A stretch of DNA of 63,684 nt, filler included, from Craspedostauros australis (taxonomy: Eukaryota), in assembly GCA_030167865.1 (NCBI GenBank). It is 5 parts of 5 records of this genome, joined end to end, with 100 filler letters (N's around TTAATTAATTAA, not from the genome) between each part and the next. Parts side by side here need not be neighbours in the genome. Positions count along the whole stretch, not along the records: positions 28,603 to 59,214 come from JALAGF010006375.1; 4 more parts are not named here. The stretch is one strand, 5' to 3'. The number at the start of each line of letters is the position of its first letter. The stretch's first letter is position 1. Positions 35,279-48,396 of this stretch are shown here, in pieces. Under the pieces are notes generated by a model that saw only the letters and a program-made list of their open reading frames with translations, was not told the DNA's origin and ran no database searches. Position numbers and translations under genes: made by a program.

Positions 35279-37264
35279 ATGGCGGACTCAAAGACGTTGT
35301 TCACGCTGATGGAATGCGCTGCCGGGTACGCTCTGTTCGAGGTCGTTGCCTTCGAGGAGATCGGCAACCTCCTGGACGGAAGCATGGACACGGTGACTGA
35401 CCTCAAGCGGTTCGGACGTGCCATCAAGCTCAAGTCCTTCCTGCCGTTCGAGTCCGCGCAGGTGGCGCTGGAGAATGCCAACGCTGTCTCTGAACACGCC
35501 ATGACGGGCACTCTGCACAACTTCTTGGAAATGAACCTGCCCAAAAAGGCCAGCAAGTACACGCTGGGTGTCGTCGATCCTGCGCTCGCGACCGCCATCT
35601 CCGACGGTCTGGGCACCATCTCATGCCGCAGCGACGAGACCGTGCGTGAGATCACGCGTGGCTGCCGTCTCCACCTCGACACCTTCGTCAAGGGTCTGGA
35701 GGGCGGAGCCGCCGAGAAGGCCCAGCTGGGTCTGGGCCACTCGTATTCCCGATCGAAGGTCAAGTTCAACCCAGCACGCAGCGACAACATGATCATCCAA
35801 TCGATCGCCCTGCTCGACCAGATGGACAAGGACATCAACACGTTCGCCATGCGCGTGCGAGAATGGTACAGCTGGCACTTCCCCGAGCTGCGTGAGATCG
35901 TCAAGGACAACATCATGTTTGCTAGAGCAGCCGCCTTCATCCAGAACAAGTCCACCCTCACCAACGCCGCCGATGGCGACGAAAACAACAACGATGAGGA
36001 GGAGGATAGCGATGACGATGAGGACGATGATGACGACGAGGACATGGACGACGGAGGCGCAAAGAAGAGCGGAGGCGAAAGCGACAAGCTCGCCGGTCTC
36101 ACAGAGATCGTCGGCGACGAAGAGGTCGCGAAGGCCGTGATTGCCGCCGCCAAGACGAGTATGGGAATGGACTGCTCGGCTGTGGACATGATCAACGTTA
36201 TCAACTTCACGCAGAGAATGGTCAAGCTGGCTGAATTCCGCAAGAATCTCTCCATCTATCTCACGGACAAGATGTCTGTCGTCGCACCCAACCTCAGCGC
36301 TCTCATCGGCGACACCGTCGCTGCCAGACTTATCAGCAAGGTGAGTTTCAACTGCTGCATCGATGCAGACATGCAGGCAGACGCGCAGCCTGCTGATTTT
36401 ATCATGTGAAACGCTCCCGCTTTGAATCTGTCCGTTCCTGTCAATGCCCTCGATACTTGTTATGATCTTCAGGTCGAGTCGGATATGGTTCTGTTGTTCT
36501 GTTGTTATGTCCAAATGCAACATACTTTCCAAGCATTCAAGTCTGCTCACCTTTCGCATCCTTTGCCTTCCCGTTGCACACCATTCCAATCAATATTGAC
36601 TATTCTCAACCCAAACTTGAACATCGTGCAGGCCGGATCGTTGACTAACCTTGCCAAGGCACCAGCCTCCACCGTCCAGATCTTGGGAGCTGAGAAGGCG
36701 CTCTTCCGAGCCCTCAAGACCAAGGGCAACACCCCCAAGTACGGCCTCATCTACCACTCCACGTTCATCGGCCGAGCAGACGCGAAGAACAAGGGAAGAA
36801 TCTCTAGATACCTTGCCAACAAGTGTTCCATCGCCACGAGAATCGACTCCTTCTCCGACGAACCAAGCCGTCTCTACGGTGAGAAACTGCGAGAGCAGGT
36901 CGAGGAACGGCTCAAGTTCTACGAAACGGGGGCCGCGCCGCGACGTAACGTCGATGTCATGGCCGAAGTTGCCAAGAAGCTGAAGGCTGACGCCGGCGAT
37001 GACGATGACGAGGAGATGTCGGATGTTGAGAAGACACCATCCAAAAAGGACAAGAAGAAGAAAAAGGATAAGAAGAGAAAATCGGACGTCACTGCTGCAG
37101 CCGACGATGACGATAAGGATAAGGATAGCGAGGACGCGATGGAGACCACGCCCAAGAAGAAGAAAAAGCGAGAATCGACTGACGGCATGGAGACGCCGAA
37201 GTCATCCAAAAAGGCCAAGAAGGAGAAGAAGTCGGACAAGAAGAAAAAGAAGAAGAAAGCGTAA
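35279..37264 (+). CDS. NOP56: Nucleolar protein 56 (box C/D snoRNP), 2 exons
   Basis: Exons 35279-36340 and 36632-37264. Motifs [76 protein letters not shown], and a Lys-rich tail. Confidence 0.95.
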
Positions 37265-37802
37265 GGAACAAGCGGATCAGAAGAGGCAGAAGAGGAAGAG
37301 AGCGAGCTAATGCGCGCATGTACACGTGTATATGCACATACTAATATGCATGGGTACGAGTATGTGCATACAATTGGGTTCAGGCACAGAATGCATCGCA
37401 GACATAATCGCAATCCGTCGGTCTGGTTGATAGATCGGAAGATGTTGTCTCGCAGATCACAAGATTAACTACAACTGCATGTGATTGAAATTGTAGCTTC
37501 TTCTTGCTCCAGTTGGTAGGCAGCTACGAATACTCAACGAGTACTCCACTCTATTGAATTCCATCACATCATCCAGAGTATTGAAGGCGTTGTGCTAGTA
37601 TTAGGGAGAATAGAGAGCAGAGCCGGTCCATTCCGCAGTTGGCACGTTATCGTATGCACGTGTACACAACACAACACAACAGTCGAGCATGTGCCGTCCA
37701 GCTCGCTCTTTCTTTCTCTCATCTTCTTTCGATTTCAAACCAGCACGACCATACATACTTGTAGTCTGCAAGCATCTTCTGCACTCGCATCCACGTTGGA
37801 GT

Positions 37803-38870
37803 CTACCTAGATATCCGTATCCTCGCAACCGTCACAGCAGGAGCGACGGACCTGCTGGGACTTCTGGCGCATGCCAGCATGTACCCCTTCGGCGAAAATG
37901 CCAGTTCATCTGCGCCACCAAACGGGCGGTTGGGCACATTGAGACCGACAGTGCCCACAAGCTCGCCGGTTGCCGCCGATGCAACGTCAACGCCTCCGTC
38001 TTCACTGCAGCTCGCGATGAGCGCGGAATCATGCGAGAAGCAGACCGAGCGCACGAATTGAGAGCTGCGCGACACAGTGTGCGTGCATGCCACGTACTGA
38101 GTATCCCACAGACCCACAATGGAATCGCTGGCGCCGGTCGCGAATCGCTTGCCATTCGGCGAGAAGGACAGGGAATAGATCGGCCCCGTGTGCGCTGGAT
38201 ACACCGTGGCTTTGGGTTCCACCATGCCCATGGTCTTGGTGCCGCTGTCAATATCCCAGATGCTCAATTCTCCTAAACCGCCCTTCGTGGTGGATGCGAT
38301 GAGGCATTTGTCGGACGGTGAGAACATGCAGGTTTCCACCAGGCCCTTGCCGAAGCGGTACTTGTGCGTGGCATCGGAGCGGTCCGATGATGACCTCGCC
38401 TGTCCCATCTTCAGCTTGCGCACATCGTACACGTGGATGCTGCTCTCTCCGTGTGTGACCACCAGTTGCTGACCAGCGTGAGACCACCGAACATCGGCGA
38501 CGGAATCCTGGACGTCTACGCGCCCCGTGGACTTCTGGGCGCCTTGACGGACATCCCAAAGGCGTATGCACTTGGTGTCGGCGGCACAGAGCTGATTGCT
38601 CTCCTTGGGATGGCAACGCACGTGCGTCACCGGGCTGACGTACCCTGCGACGACCATGGTCTCTCTCATCGTCACCGTGTTGGTATCAAAGGTGCATATC
38701 TTGGCGGTTCGATCGGTCAACGCGACGGCCAGCCAATCGCCTGTGCAGTTCCATGACACGCTTCGAGACTGCGAGCGAGCGAGAGGGACAAGTACCATAT
38801 CTCGTACGCAATCACAAGGACGCGATTCGATGCCGCGCCATGTACGAGAAGATGGATTCAATTCAAGCAT
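37803..38870 (-). CDS. THOC3: WD40 protein, THO complex subunit 3 (Tex1)-like
   Basis: Motifs SVSWNCTG..LA...DRT, IRLWDVR, AHTG.IYSLSFSPNGKRFATGASDSIVGLWD, VRSVCFSHD..LIASCSED, F.PKGY.LA.A. Confidence 0.8.
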   Translation of the reverse strand: MLELNPSSRTWRGIESRPCDCVRDMVLVPLARSQSRSVSWNCTGDWLAVALTDRTAKICTFDTNTVTMRETMVVAGYVSPVTHVRCHPKESNQLCAADTKCIRLWDVRQGAQKSTGRVDVQDSVADVRWSHAGQQLVVTHGESSIHVYDVRKLKMGQARSSSDRSDATHKYRFGKGLVETCMFSPSDKCLIASTTKGGLGELSIWDIDSGTKTMGMVEPKATVYPAHTGPIYSLSFSPNGKRFATGASDSIVGLWDTQYVACTHTVSRSSQFVRSVCFSHDSALIASCSEDGGVDVASAATGELVGTVGLNVPNRPFGGADELAFSPKGYMLACARSPSRSVAPAVTVARIRISR

Positions 38871-39860
38871 AATTGAGTGAGCTGAGGTTAGTCCGAATTG
38901 AATGGCGTGATGCGTTGATTCGATTCCTTGTGTTCATCCTGTGTGTCTTGGCACACTCATGAGTACTCTATGTCAGAGAGTTGGCGTATCACCGCGAGGA
39001 TGCAGTACAACGGAGCGATGCTGTGCAGATCACGCACCTTTGATCTGTGCCCGCCACAATCGTGGAGAGAGACGTCCGTAATCTGCATCGTATTTTCTAC
39101 TGCGATGCTCAGCGTGGGTTTTATTCTACCGTCGACAGGACAGGTCTGATAAGTGCGATGATAACGTCGGTATGCTTGGGCTGTCGTTGTCTCTCGGATT
39201 GCTGGCATGTATAGATGCGGACGGCAAGGAGTGCTGCCGATGTGGTTGTGCGAGTGATGGGCGTGCCATCGCCACAAGAACTTGCCACTACTCTTCGCAA
39301 CAAGATGACAAATCAACAAAACCCTCCTCGTGAATGAAATCTCGTTCAGTCGCGGATAAGCGCAATCTCCGCTCCGGTGTTGTGCGCTCTGTATGGTACG
39401 AGCTATGGCTTCAACGTCGCGACACTACGACAATAGTATGTGAGGCTGCGCACTCCTTCTCGCTACATCAGGAGATTGAGGCTTGTGTGATGTGGCACGG
39501 CATGGTTGTATTCTTGGATATCTACGTAGAGGAGTAGCATTGCTCATGAGCCAAGAGAGATGGAAATGTGCTGCGGAGATCTCCACCTCATTTCGTATTT
39601 GCATCGAGCTGATTGCACAGGAAACAGCGCAGGATGTGCAAGTTGCTTGTCGTTGAGTGATGCCGTTCTTGTCCAGTCCTCTTTCATGATGTTATGCAGC
39701 AAGTGTTGCTTCCCGGCGCAATGATGTCCCCATTCTCGCCCGTTTGCTGCTTGTGTCCGTCAATGATCTGAACGCATCCCATCTTCTGTGCCTTTGTGTA
39801 TCTGCTCCGACCATGTTGCATCACGTGATGCTGAATTGCGTACCATTGCTTCTCTCTACT

Positions 39861-40509
39861 CTAACTCGATCTGGCCGCCATGGAATCTTCCGGCGGACCG
39901 CTTCCTCCTGGAATGAGGACCGTGATTTGATTGCCATTCAGCAGGACTTCCGTCTTCAATTCTGTTCTGATTGCTTTCGTTGGATCTGATGGATCAGGTG
40001 TGAATTCCACGGCATCATCTAGCACGAGATTCACCTGCGTTGTGGGAGAACGTCGCACATGGCAGAATAGAGTCATGGATTTGGTACGAACGTGTGAACG
40101 AACGTGTGAACGAACGTGGGAACAAATGCGTGAACGAACGTGGATGGAATAGTGCAGTGGCGTGTGTTGTTTGTTGAGGCATGCAGAAAGAAATACCAAA
40201 AGCATGAGAGTATTGGTGGAATGCGCGAACGGAATGGAGCGATGAGTTGACTGCGATTGTCGGCCAACAAGGACGCAAGGACGTGTCATCGTGCTCGTAC
40301 ACCAAGAGAGGAATGGTGCTCTGCCCGAAAGCAGAACATGTGAAGCAAACGACACAGACAAAGAGTTGCATCGATGTTGGTATGGCACGTACATAGTCAT
40401 CAAAGCCTCTGAGTGTGCCCACCATTTCTTTGGTGCCTCTCATCAGGATCCATATCTGCGATCCGATGGCCTTGTCGATCAATTCGAGCGGGAGGATGCG
40501 TGTTGCCAT
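39861..40509 (-). CDS. LSM5: U6 snRNA-associated Sm-like protein LSm5, 2 exons
   Basis: Exons 40509-40393 ([35 protein letters not shown]) and 40034-39861 ([24 protein letters not shown]), with a GT-AG intron. Confidence 0.93.
40086..40143. repeat. 12-bp tandem repeat (GAACGAACGTGT) in the LSM5 intron
   Basis: About 4-5 imperfect copies. Confidence 0.8.
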
Positions 40510-41476
40510 GGTGGTGGATTTGGTGTGTTTCGGCGTGTGATGGTATCGTGTGCTGTTGTCGGTCTTGTGTCTTGGAGACGATTAATGTGGAGGAGAGTGA
40601 CGGGATCTCTTCTATTCGAATACGATGGAGTTTGATGTGAGGGTTGATGTGGTGTCCGCGTTGTTGGTTGTCGCTTGGATGGTGTGGCCTGTTTGTTGTT
40701 GTTGGCAACAGAAGCATTTTGGTTGTGGATTTTCGTCGTCGGCGTCTTGCCATCGTACGATGCAACTAGCGACAAAATCGCGTTGGTGGCAAAACAATGT
40801 TCGCCGTGCCTCGTCTGCATAGCACCACTCATGGTATCCAACTGAGCTACCAAGGCCATGTATGGTCCTCTCGCAGAATATGATTCACAAAGCGGACGCC
40901 TAAGAATGACAAATGCACATTCCTCTACAATTTATAAACTTTATTCTTGCCTCTTGTTCTTTTCCAAAAAATATTGATTCGACTGAGACGCACATATCAT
41001 TTGATCCAGAGATGTGATGATGATGGCGACGACGATCGTCGCCGTTGGTGGCCCAGCTCGAATGTCTAATGATATTGGTTCCTTCTCTTTCTCTTCTTCT
41101 TTGTCTGTCTTGCTATGCATTTCTCTCTCTCTCTAGTTCCACGATCGTTGTCTCTGCTCTCCCTCTCTCGTCGCTGGTGAGTCAGCACGAACATGTATCT
41201 ATTTGTCCGCGCTGCCTCTGGTTCTGTTTCTTCTGATACTGGCCTTTGTGCCTGCTTGTTTGCTGTCTTGCGCATTCATTTGTTCCTCGTTCTTCAGATT
41301 CGATCACTCTTTCTTTCTCCCTCCTCCTTGTGTTTATTGCCTGCTTGGCTACCTGCTCGTTTTGTTCTCGTCTCTCTTTGTATTCGTATTCTTATTGATC
41401 ACAACAGCTGTGCTTCCGTACATCCCATAATTCATCTTGCCTCGTTCAGCTTCCCCCTTGATTTTCCAGCGTGTTC

Positions 41477-44400
41477 TTAACTCGAACCTGCGTCGTCAGT
41501 GCTGGTATCGTTGTAATGCGTGAATTCGCTGAATTCGCTGGCGGGTGCGATGATGGGCGTGCCGTAGTCAATCTCAACGGTACTGGACGGGACCGGCGCT
41601 GTTGGGCAAGTGGAGGTTGTCTTATCGAGCTGCTGCATCCAGATGCGCGTCTTGCACATGCTGAAGAGATCCCGGACCAACTCGCGGAAGTCGATGCGAC
41701 CCTCGGCCTCGAAGAAGAAGGTGAGCTTGTGGCGATCGAACTGATATTCGGCATCGACGACGTGCATCGGGAGGCCGCGCTGTTGGACCTTCGTCCTGCA
41801 CACATCGAGAAGCTGTTCCTCTTCTCGGCGCTTCATCGTGAGAAGGGAGACCTCGTCGTGCGTGGCGAGGCGGATGATTCGCTTCAGGTCACCTCCTCCG
41901 CTGTTGCCACCGGCACCTCCGGCACCGGGAGCACCTTGCCCACCATTGCCGCCTGCGTTGTTGGCGCCACCTGGCTGCGGTGTAGCCATCGCGCCGATCT
42001 CGCCTGTGTTGGAGCGGAAACTGGACCTGCCTCCTTGGGCGACTTTGTCGCCCGTGGCCCTGCCAACGACGATGCCGAGATCCTCGCCGCGGTCTGCCTC
42101 AACCTTGACGTAGGTTCCGACCTTGAGGTCGCGGTTGAGCCTCGGACCGAGCATGAAGCTCCTTTGGGTGCGCTTGAATTTGACGTTGTACACGATCTTT
42201 GGTGCCTGCTGGTATCGTTGACCAGCATTTGGCATGTGTCCGTAATGTCCGTGCATGCCGCCCGTCTCCGGGTTGGATTGGCGCCGTGCGTGATGATGTT
42301 GCTGGTGCATCGGTCGTTGGCTGTGCACCATGTAGCCGTTGTCATCGCCTGGGACCTCGATGTTCTCGCCCATCAATGGATGGGAGTAGTCTTCCTCTGT
42401 GACAGGGAATCTGGGCGAACCATGTCGGTTGCCTCCGCCGTACATGCCGCCTCCATGAACAGGACGCTGTTGCGGACAAAAAGGACGATTCACATTGCGT
42501 GTCGTATGTACACATGCGTCGTGCATCCACAAGAGAAACAGAGGGAAAGAAGCGAGAATACGAGAATACGCGGATGGGATCATGTTAGAGCACGGTGCGA
42601 GTAATACAGGTAAATGAAATGAAAGGAATCAGGTATGTGCTTCCCCATTGTCCGACAATTCAACGGAACCAAAATGATACAGAGCAAAGATCAGTGACAC
42701 TGATGAGAATTGTACTTACCACACCACTGTTGTTGAGGGAAGCTGGCGAGCTGCCCATTCCCATAGCGTGGCCCACATCGCTGTGGTGCCTGGTGTGTCC
42801 TGGATAGCTGGGAAGCATCCCGCCTTGTCCAGGCGGCATCATGTGGTCCTGCTCCATAATGCGCTTGTCATCCGCGATGCGGGACTTGTCCATGACGTAA
42901 CGGTTCTGTCCTGGCACAAAGTCCAACGACTGACGGCGCTGGAAGGAGGATGCGTTGCCTTGCTGCGGGTGCGGATGGTAGTACCCGCCTCCCGTGGCGA
43001 GTGCCGAGCTTCTCCTGGGGTAGTTGGGCTGGTGCTGGAAGTGAGGTTGCTGGTGCTGCGAATCGGGCGCGCCAGCGGAGTGCTCCATGCTCATGCTGCG
43101 ACCGAAAGAGTTGCTCCTTTCGTGGGTTGGATGTGGGTGGAGGTGCTGCTGTTGCTGGAAGCCCGATGCTCCTGACTGCGACGATGGGGAGAAGTAGCGC
43201 ATGTCGCTCTGAGGTTCGTAGCTGGGGGATCTGTGCTTGATTGACATTCCAGGGCTGAACTCGCTGGCCCTCCTGGGTGCGGTGGTGCCCTCGTCGTGGC
43301 TGGTGAGATCGGAGCGGTATCCCAATCCTCTGCCGAGGTCCGACTGCGAGAGAGATCGTTCGTACCGGTGCGCTCCTGGGTTTCCACGGTACGCCACGTG
43401 CTGTGGATGGTTCGAGGTGTGCAGGGCCTGCGAGTGCGCTCCCGACCTTTCAGAGGCGGGGAAGAAGCTGGGGGCGTCTTGGAGGGATTCGATGCCCGTG
43501 TCGTTGCTGATCGAGCGTCGGAGAGAGGCATCCAGCATGGCTTCCGGCCTCGAGATCACGCCAGGGTTGAGGATGTTGTTGACACTGCTGCTGGCACTAC
43601 CTCCACCGCCGCCGCTGCTTGTGCTGTTTGCATCGGACGGCTGGTTAGCTCCGGCGACGCCGGGATGGGGGCCAATTCCAGGCGAACCGCCCGACAAAGG
43701 AGGTTTACTGTTGGAAACGGCGCGCCCACTGTCCTTCGAGACTGCGCGTGGTCTCCTGTGATCCGACAGCGTGAGGCTGCGTGCCAAGGACTCGTCGAGG
43801 AACGTCATGCCCGACGCCGAAAGCTGCTGACTTCTCACCGGAGACGATGCAGACAAGCCGCCTGCGGTGCCGGTTGCTCCTGTGGCGGACATGGAGCGAT
43901 TCGCCAGGCCGTCGAAGCCACCGAGGAGGCTGTCCGTGCGTCCAGTGCCAGATCCAGTTGTGCCGTCGCTGTAGATGCTGCTGCCCAAGGTCGTGATGCG
44001 CTGTGGCAGATCGGCGCCGCTTGCGGATGGTCTCGTTGGCGTGCCTGCGCTGCTGACGCTTCCGGCAACGCTGCCCCCGCTGCTTTCGACCGGGATGAGC
44101 TTGCCAGCCTCATTCATTCGGAGGCTCGGAATCGAGGGGCCGTCTCCGCGGAAGGGCGACGCTTGCCGTCCCGCGGTGTACATGTCGGCACTTCCGTCCA
44201 AGGACGATGCAGGAGTCAGGGTGAGGCTCTGCGCGGTGGATGCCGACGATTGCTTGGAATGGCCGCCGCCAGTTCCGAAGCCTTGCAGGGTGCCTGCTGC
44301 GGGACCTCCCAGACCAGGTGGCCTTGTCAGACCGACCAGTCCTGCGACGGATGGAGATGCTGCTGCTGAAACCGCGCCAGCCGTTGACGTCAACGCAGAC

Positions 44401-44825
44401 GTATCCTTTGCGTCCATGTCGTTCGGAGGCAGGAGGCACAGCTGTTGTTGTAGCTGCTGTTGTAGTTGTTGTAGCTGTTGTTGTGGCTGTATGGACTGAG
44501 GCGATAGCGGTTCAGTGAGCTGGCTGATGTGGCTGCTGTCTACGGAGTCGCTGTGTCTCCTACCGGATGTCGTTGGTGCGCTCAGATCAGCTGTGCTTCC
44601 CGTTGCGTTCGTTGCCGTTGTTGCCGCGCCTGTTGTGAGTCCTTCGCTGTGGCTGCTCGCGTCGTTCAGGTTCGGGCTTTGGTGGATGATGCTGTTGCTG
44701 TTGTTGTAGTCGTTTCTGTAATCGTTTCTGTAATCGTAGTTGTATTGGCAGTTGTATTGGTAGTCGTATTGGTATTGGTAGGCAGTGTCGATTGTTGCCA
44801 TCAACTCCAGGTTCAGCCCTGACAC
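41477..44825 (-). CDS. PSP1 C-terminal-domain protein with a long low-complexity N-terminus, 2 exons (start codon uncertain)
   Basis: Exons 44825-42720 and 42466-41477 (GTAAGT..CAG, phase 0). Motifs Y.VKFKR, YVKVEADRGEDLG, IIRLAT, M.VVDAEYQFDRHKLTFFF...RIDFRELVRDLF...KTRIWM. Confidence 0.88.
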
Positions 44826-46348
44826 ACCACCACTATCAAATTCTGTTCCTCGGTGGTTGAGGAGATCTCCAGTCCTTTCCTTTGTGTGTGCGTACGGGAA
44901 TGATGCTGTTGCGCCTGTGCTTGTTGCTGTAACCGTCGTGGTTGTGTTTGTGCCTGTGCTTGCACGAGTACTTGGGCTTCCGCCAGTGTTGGCTGCGCTT
45001 GTGGTGAACGGCGTGCTGCTTGGTACAAATACTTGTGCGGAGATGTTGCTGCCAGAATCTCTGACGTCGCTGCGTCTGCTTGTTGGTGCTCTGATGTGAT
45101 GGTGGGTTTTTGGGCATTTGCGGAAGCCAAACGAGCAGGCAGGGGGATGAGGTGAGGCCGACGCGTCCTGTTCTACGACGAATCATCATTCAACGGCAAA
45201 AACTTCTCAATGGTATCGCAATGCCGCATGTCGCTGCGACTTCTCGGTTGTTAAGATATTGCATGTGGGCAGAACAAATCACATAACGAAGACGAACTTT
45301 CCGCAATAATGTTGGTGGATTGGCGCGTACGTCTGCCAAAGCGTGTCGTCCATGTCTCTAAGCCCCCATCCTCGACGTGCGCCATGTGGCCGACATCACC
45401 CAAAAGGCAAAGGTGAGTGCGGGAATTGCCTTCGGCTCCACGTCCGCACGTTCCCTCCATCTCGAGGCGACCCTTGCGTTCAGTGGATGTGTGGTTCTGT
45501 CTGGTTCGGTCGGTCGGTCGGTCGGTCCGTTGATGAACAACATTATTCTTCGTGGTGCTCTGCATCGGTAGGGACGAATCTGGAATGGTTGTCGTTCAAT
45601 GGACCCTGGTTCAATGGATCTGGTGAAGTGTGCAGGAGCAGACCAAGTAATGCGGTTGTACGTATCTGTTCCGAACAGAGCCGCCTTCATTTCTTTCTCC
45701 GCCGCATGCCAGATGATACGGCGTTGTCCGTACATTCGAGCACCTTTGTAGATCTTGTTGTTGGTGTCAACCAAGTATTCTACTCTGTTCTATCTGCACC
45801 GATGTACTCCGATTCCCAAACCTAACCCGGCCAACCCTTGACCAAATCCATTTATCCCTTGGCCATGCCGGCCTCGATTGCGATGCACCAACGAATGTGC
45901 TCGCAAATAGTCCGTCCTGCGCCTCTCCCAATCCGGAGCAGAGCGGGATAAGTCGGAGCGGAGTAGTTCGTCGAGAATGCAGAGTAGTCGTAGCTGTAGT
46001 CGTAATCGTAGCTCGCGGCATGGAAGGGATCTTGGCGTCTACCCTCCTTCTCCGCAAAGAGACGCAGGGCGTAAAAAGACATCCAGCGCACGAACAGGCG
46101 CAGCAAACAACAATGAGAACTTCGCGCCATCAGTCAATCAACAGCATCGCCGACAACGTACCTTGATCTGCTGCGTTCCGTCCAAGAATCGTCGATGTTT
46201 GAAGGTGATGGGCCTGTCGCCATCGTCGTCTTGCGCAAGACGAAACCAGACGATAGGCTCTCCTCCTGTAGCCTGTAGCCTGTAGCTGGTTGGGGGTATG
46301 GCGTCCTCGCTCCAGAGAAGGTACTCGGAGAATTGTCAGGGCGGAGCA

Positions 46349-46350
<2 letters not shown>

Positions 46351-46386
<36 letters not shown>
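46351..46386. repeat. (CT)18 microsatellite
   Basis: Direct reading. Confidence 0.95.
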
Positions 46387-46389
<3 letters not shown>

Positions 46390-47085
46390 ATGACACCAGT
46401 TGCAGTTGTTGGTGGGAGAGATCTTGTTGGTGCTGGTGTTGGCAACGACAGCAACTGCGGCCTTCTTGTTGCGGTTCTTCCCCTCGGGGATGATGTTGTT
46501 CGTTTTCGTTCTTTGGGACGCGCCACGCCCACACACACCCTTGTCCACCAAGAATTCACAACGTTGCGCAGCAACAGCCACGGTCCTGTTGCGCACAAAA
46601 TGTCAATGAGACCGTGGAAGCGACTCTTTTTACCACATCGCCCAATCACAACCACCTAAACCCTTTTTGACGGAATGCAAACATGAGCACGAATGAAAAC
46701 ACAGGAACTGATGTCTAGTCAGACCAGTCGATTGTCCACAATGTTCGAATGTGATCCAGATTCGGAACAGCAGTAAGCCAAGATTCGAAACAGAATGCTG
46801 ACACGCCGCGCATGTCATCTCGATGATTTCGATCTTCTTTCCTCTCTCTCTTGGATTTGTTCTGGTTGTGCCCTTCCACGATGTCCAGATCAGACGCGTT
46901 CTGCATTCTCCACATCCCCTGCATTCTCTGTTCTGTCTCCCACAATGCCACAAAAGGAGATCAGTGATCGGAGACCTGCACAGTCTGAGAGAGAAAAGAC
47001 TTGCTCAGAGTCAACACCTGCGATACAGAATAATCACTTGTACGATTGAACACCACATCTGACACGCAAAAGGATCAAGATCAAC

Positions 47086-48396
47086 ATGACGGCGAACACG
47101 AACATGAAGACTTCGGGCGGTGCCATCGGGCGATTCCTGACGATGCTGTGCGTGCTGGCATCGGTGTCATGCGCTGGCGCAGCAATGCAAGAGGAGCGCG
47201 AGCAGCAACGATTGGCGGCAGGAGCAACGCCCAAGTCCAGGCGTTGCAAGACGGAGCGCTTGCGCGAGGACCATCCGGTGCTGTGCCGAATGCTGGATCG
47301 GGTGGAGGATGAGCCGCAGGAGCTGGCCGATGAGATTCATCAGTGGGCCAGCGAGCACAGGTTGCTCGTGAAGGGACCTGATGCGTCCTCCACGTTGCAG
47401 ACGATGCCATCGATACCGCAGGATGGTCAGCTCCCAGTCGTGTTTGCACATGGGATGGGGGACTCGTGCTTCAACAGCGGCATGCAATCCATCACCAAGC
47501 ACGCCTCGGACCTCCTTGGCGGGGTGTACTCCACATGCATCCCAACCGCGAAGACCCAATCCAAGGACACATCCAACGGCTTCTTCCTCAACATGGACGC
47601 CTCCGTCGATGTCTTCGCAAAGGCCGTCCAATCCGACCCCAACCTCAAGAACGGATTCCATGGCATTGGATTCTCGCAGGGATGCAACGTTCTTCGCGGT
47701 TACATCGCGCGGTACAACGACCCTCCCGTCCATACATTCCTTTCGGTCAACGGCGTCAACGCTGGAGAAGGAGTCGTCCCATCGTGCCGACCCAACACCG
47801 ACGGCGCGAAGTTGCGTGGCAGCAGCGATCGCCTGTCAGGAGGTAGCTTTTGCGATTTGCTGATGGAGCAGGCCAGCAAGGCTGCGTACACCGATTGGAC
47901 GCAACAGCACAACTTCCAGGCGAATTATTGGAGAGATCCACGTGCATCCGAGAAGGAGATGTACAAGAAGTACAGCCAGCTCGCGCGGTGGAATAACGAA
48001 GGCAATGCCTTCAACCAAACCTTCAACGACAACTGGGCCAAGACGTCCAAGTTCGTGTGGGTGCTTGCCAAGCAGGACACCATGGTGTGGCCGAAGGAAG
48101 GTGAGCATTGGGGCGCCCCAGACCCGGCCGATCCCTTCAAGAACGTCCTCCCCATGGAACAGACGGAATGGTACATCAAGGACCTCTTCGGATTGCGAAC
48201 CGCGGACGAGGCTGGCAAGAACTTCTTCGAAGACTTTGATGCCGATCATTTGCAGTTCACGATGGTGGACTTTGATCGGTGGGTGACAACCTACCTCGTC
48301 CCTTCCACGGCTGCTGATAGCGATAGCGTTGGCAACGGCGGTAACACTGTTGCTGTCGATGTCCTTGATACACGCACGGCTGCCGCGATGAAGTAG
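47086..48396 (+). CDS. PPT1: Palmitoyl-protein thioesterase 1-like, with signal peptide
   Basis: Motifs PVVFAHGMGDSC, GFHGIGFSQG (catalytic Ser), QANYWRDP, DTMVWPKE, WY.KD.FGL, DHLQF. Hydrophobic N-terminus. Confidence 0.92.
   Translation: MTANTNMKTSGGAIGRFLTMLCVLASVSCAGAAMQEEREQQRLAAGATPKSRRCKTERLREDHPVLCRMLDRVEDEPQELADEIHQWASEHRLLVKGPDASSTLQTMPSIPQDGQLPVVFAHGMGDSCFNSGMQSITKHASDLLGGVYSTCIPTAKTQSKDTSNGFFLNMDASVDVFAKAVQSDPNLKNGFHGIGFSQGCNVLRGYIARYNDPPVHTFLSVNGVNAGEGVVPSCRPNTDGAKLRGSSDRLSGGSFCDLLMEQASKAAYTDWTQQHNFQANYWRDPRASEKEMYKKYSQLARWNNEGNAFNQTFNDNWAKTSKFVWVLAKQDTMVWPKEGEHWGAPDPADPFKNVLPMEQTEWYIKDLFGLRTADEAGKNFFEDFDADHLQFTMVDFDRWVTTYLVPSTAADSDSVGNGGNTVAVDVLDTRTAAAMK

Noticed and set aside
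36341..36631. Possible intronic snoRNA in NOP56
   Set aside because: I could not see a convincing box C (RTGATGA) and box D (CTGA) pair with a terminal stem.
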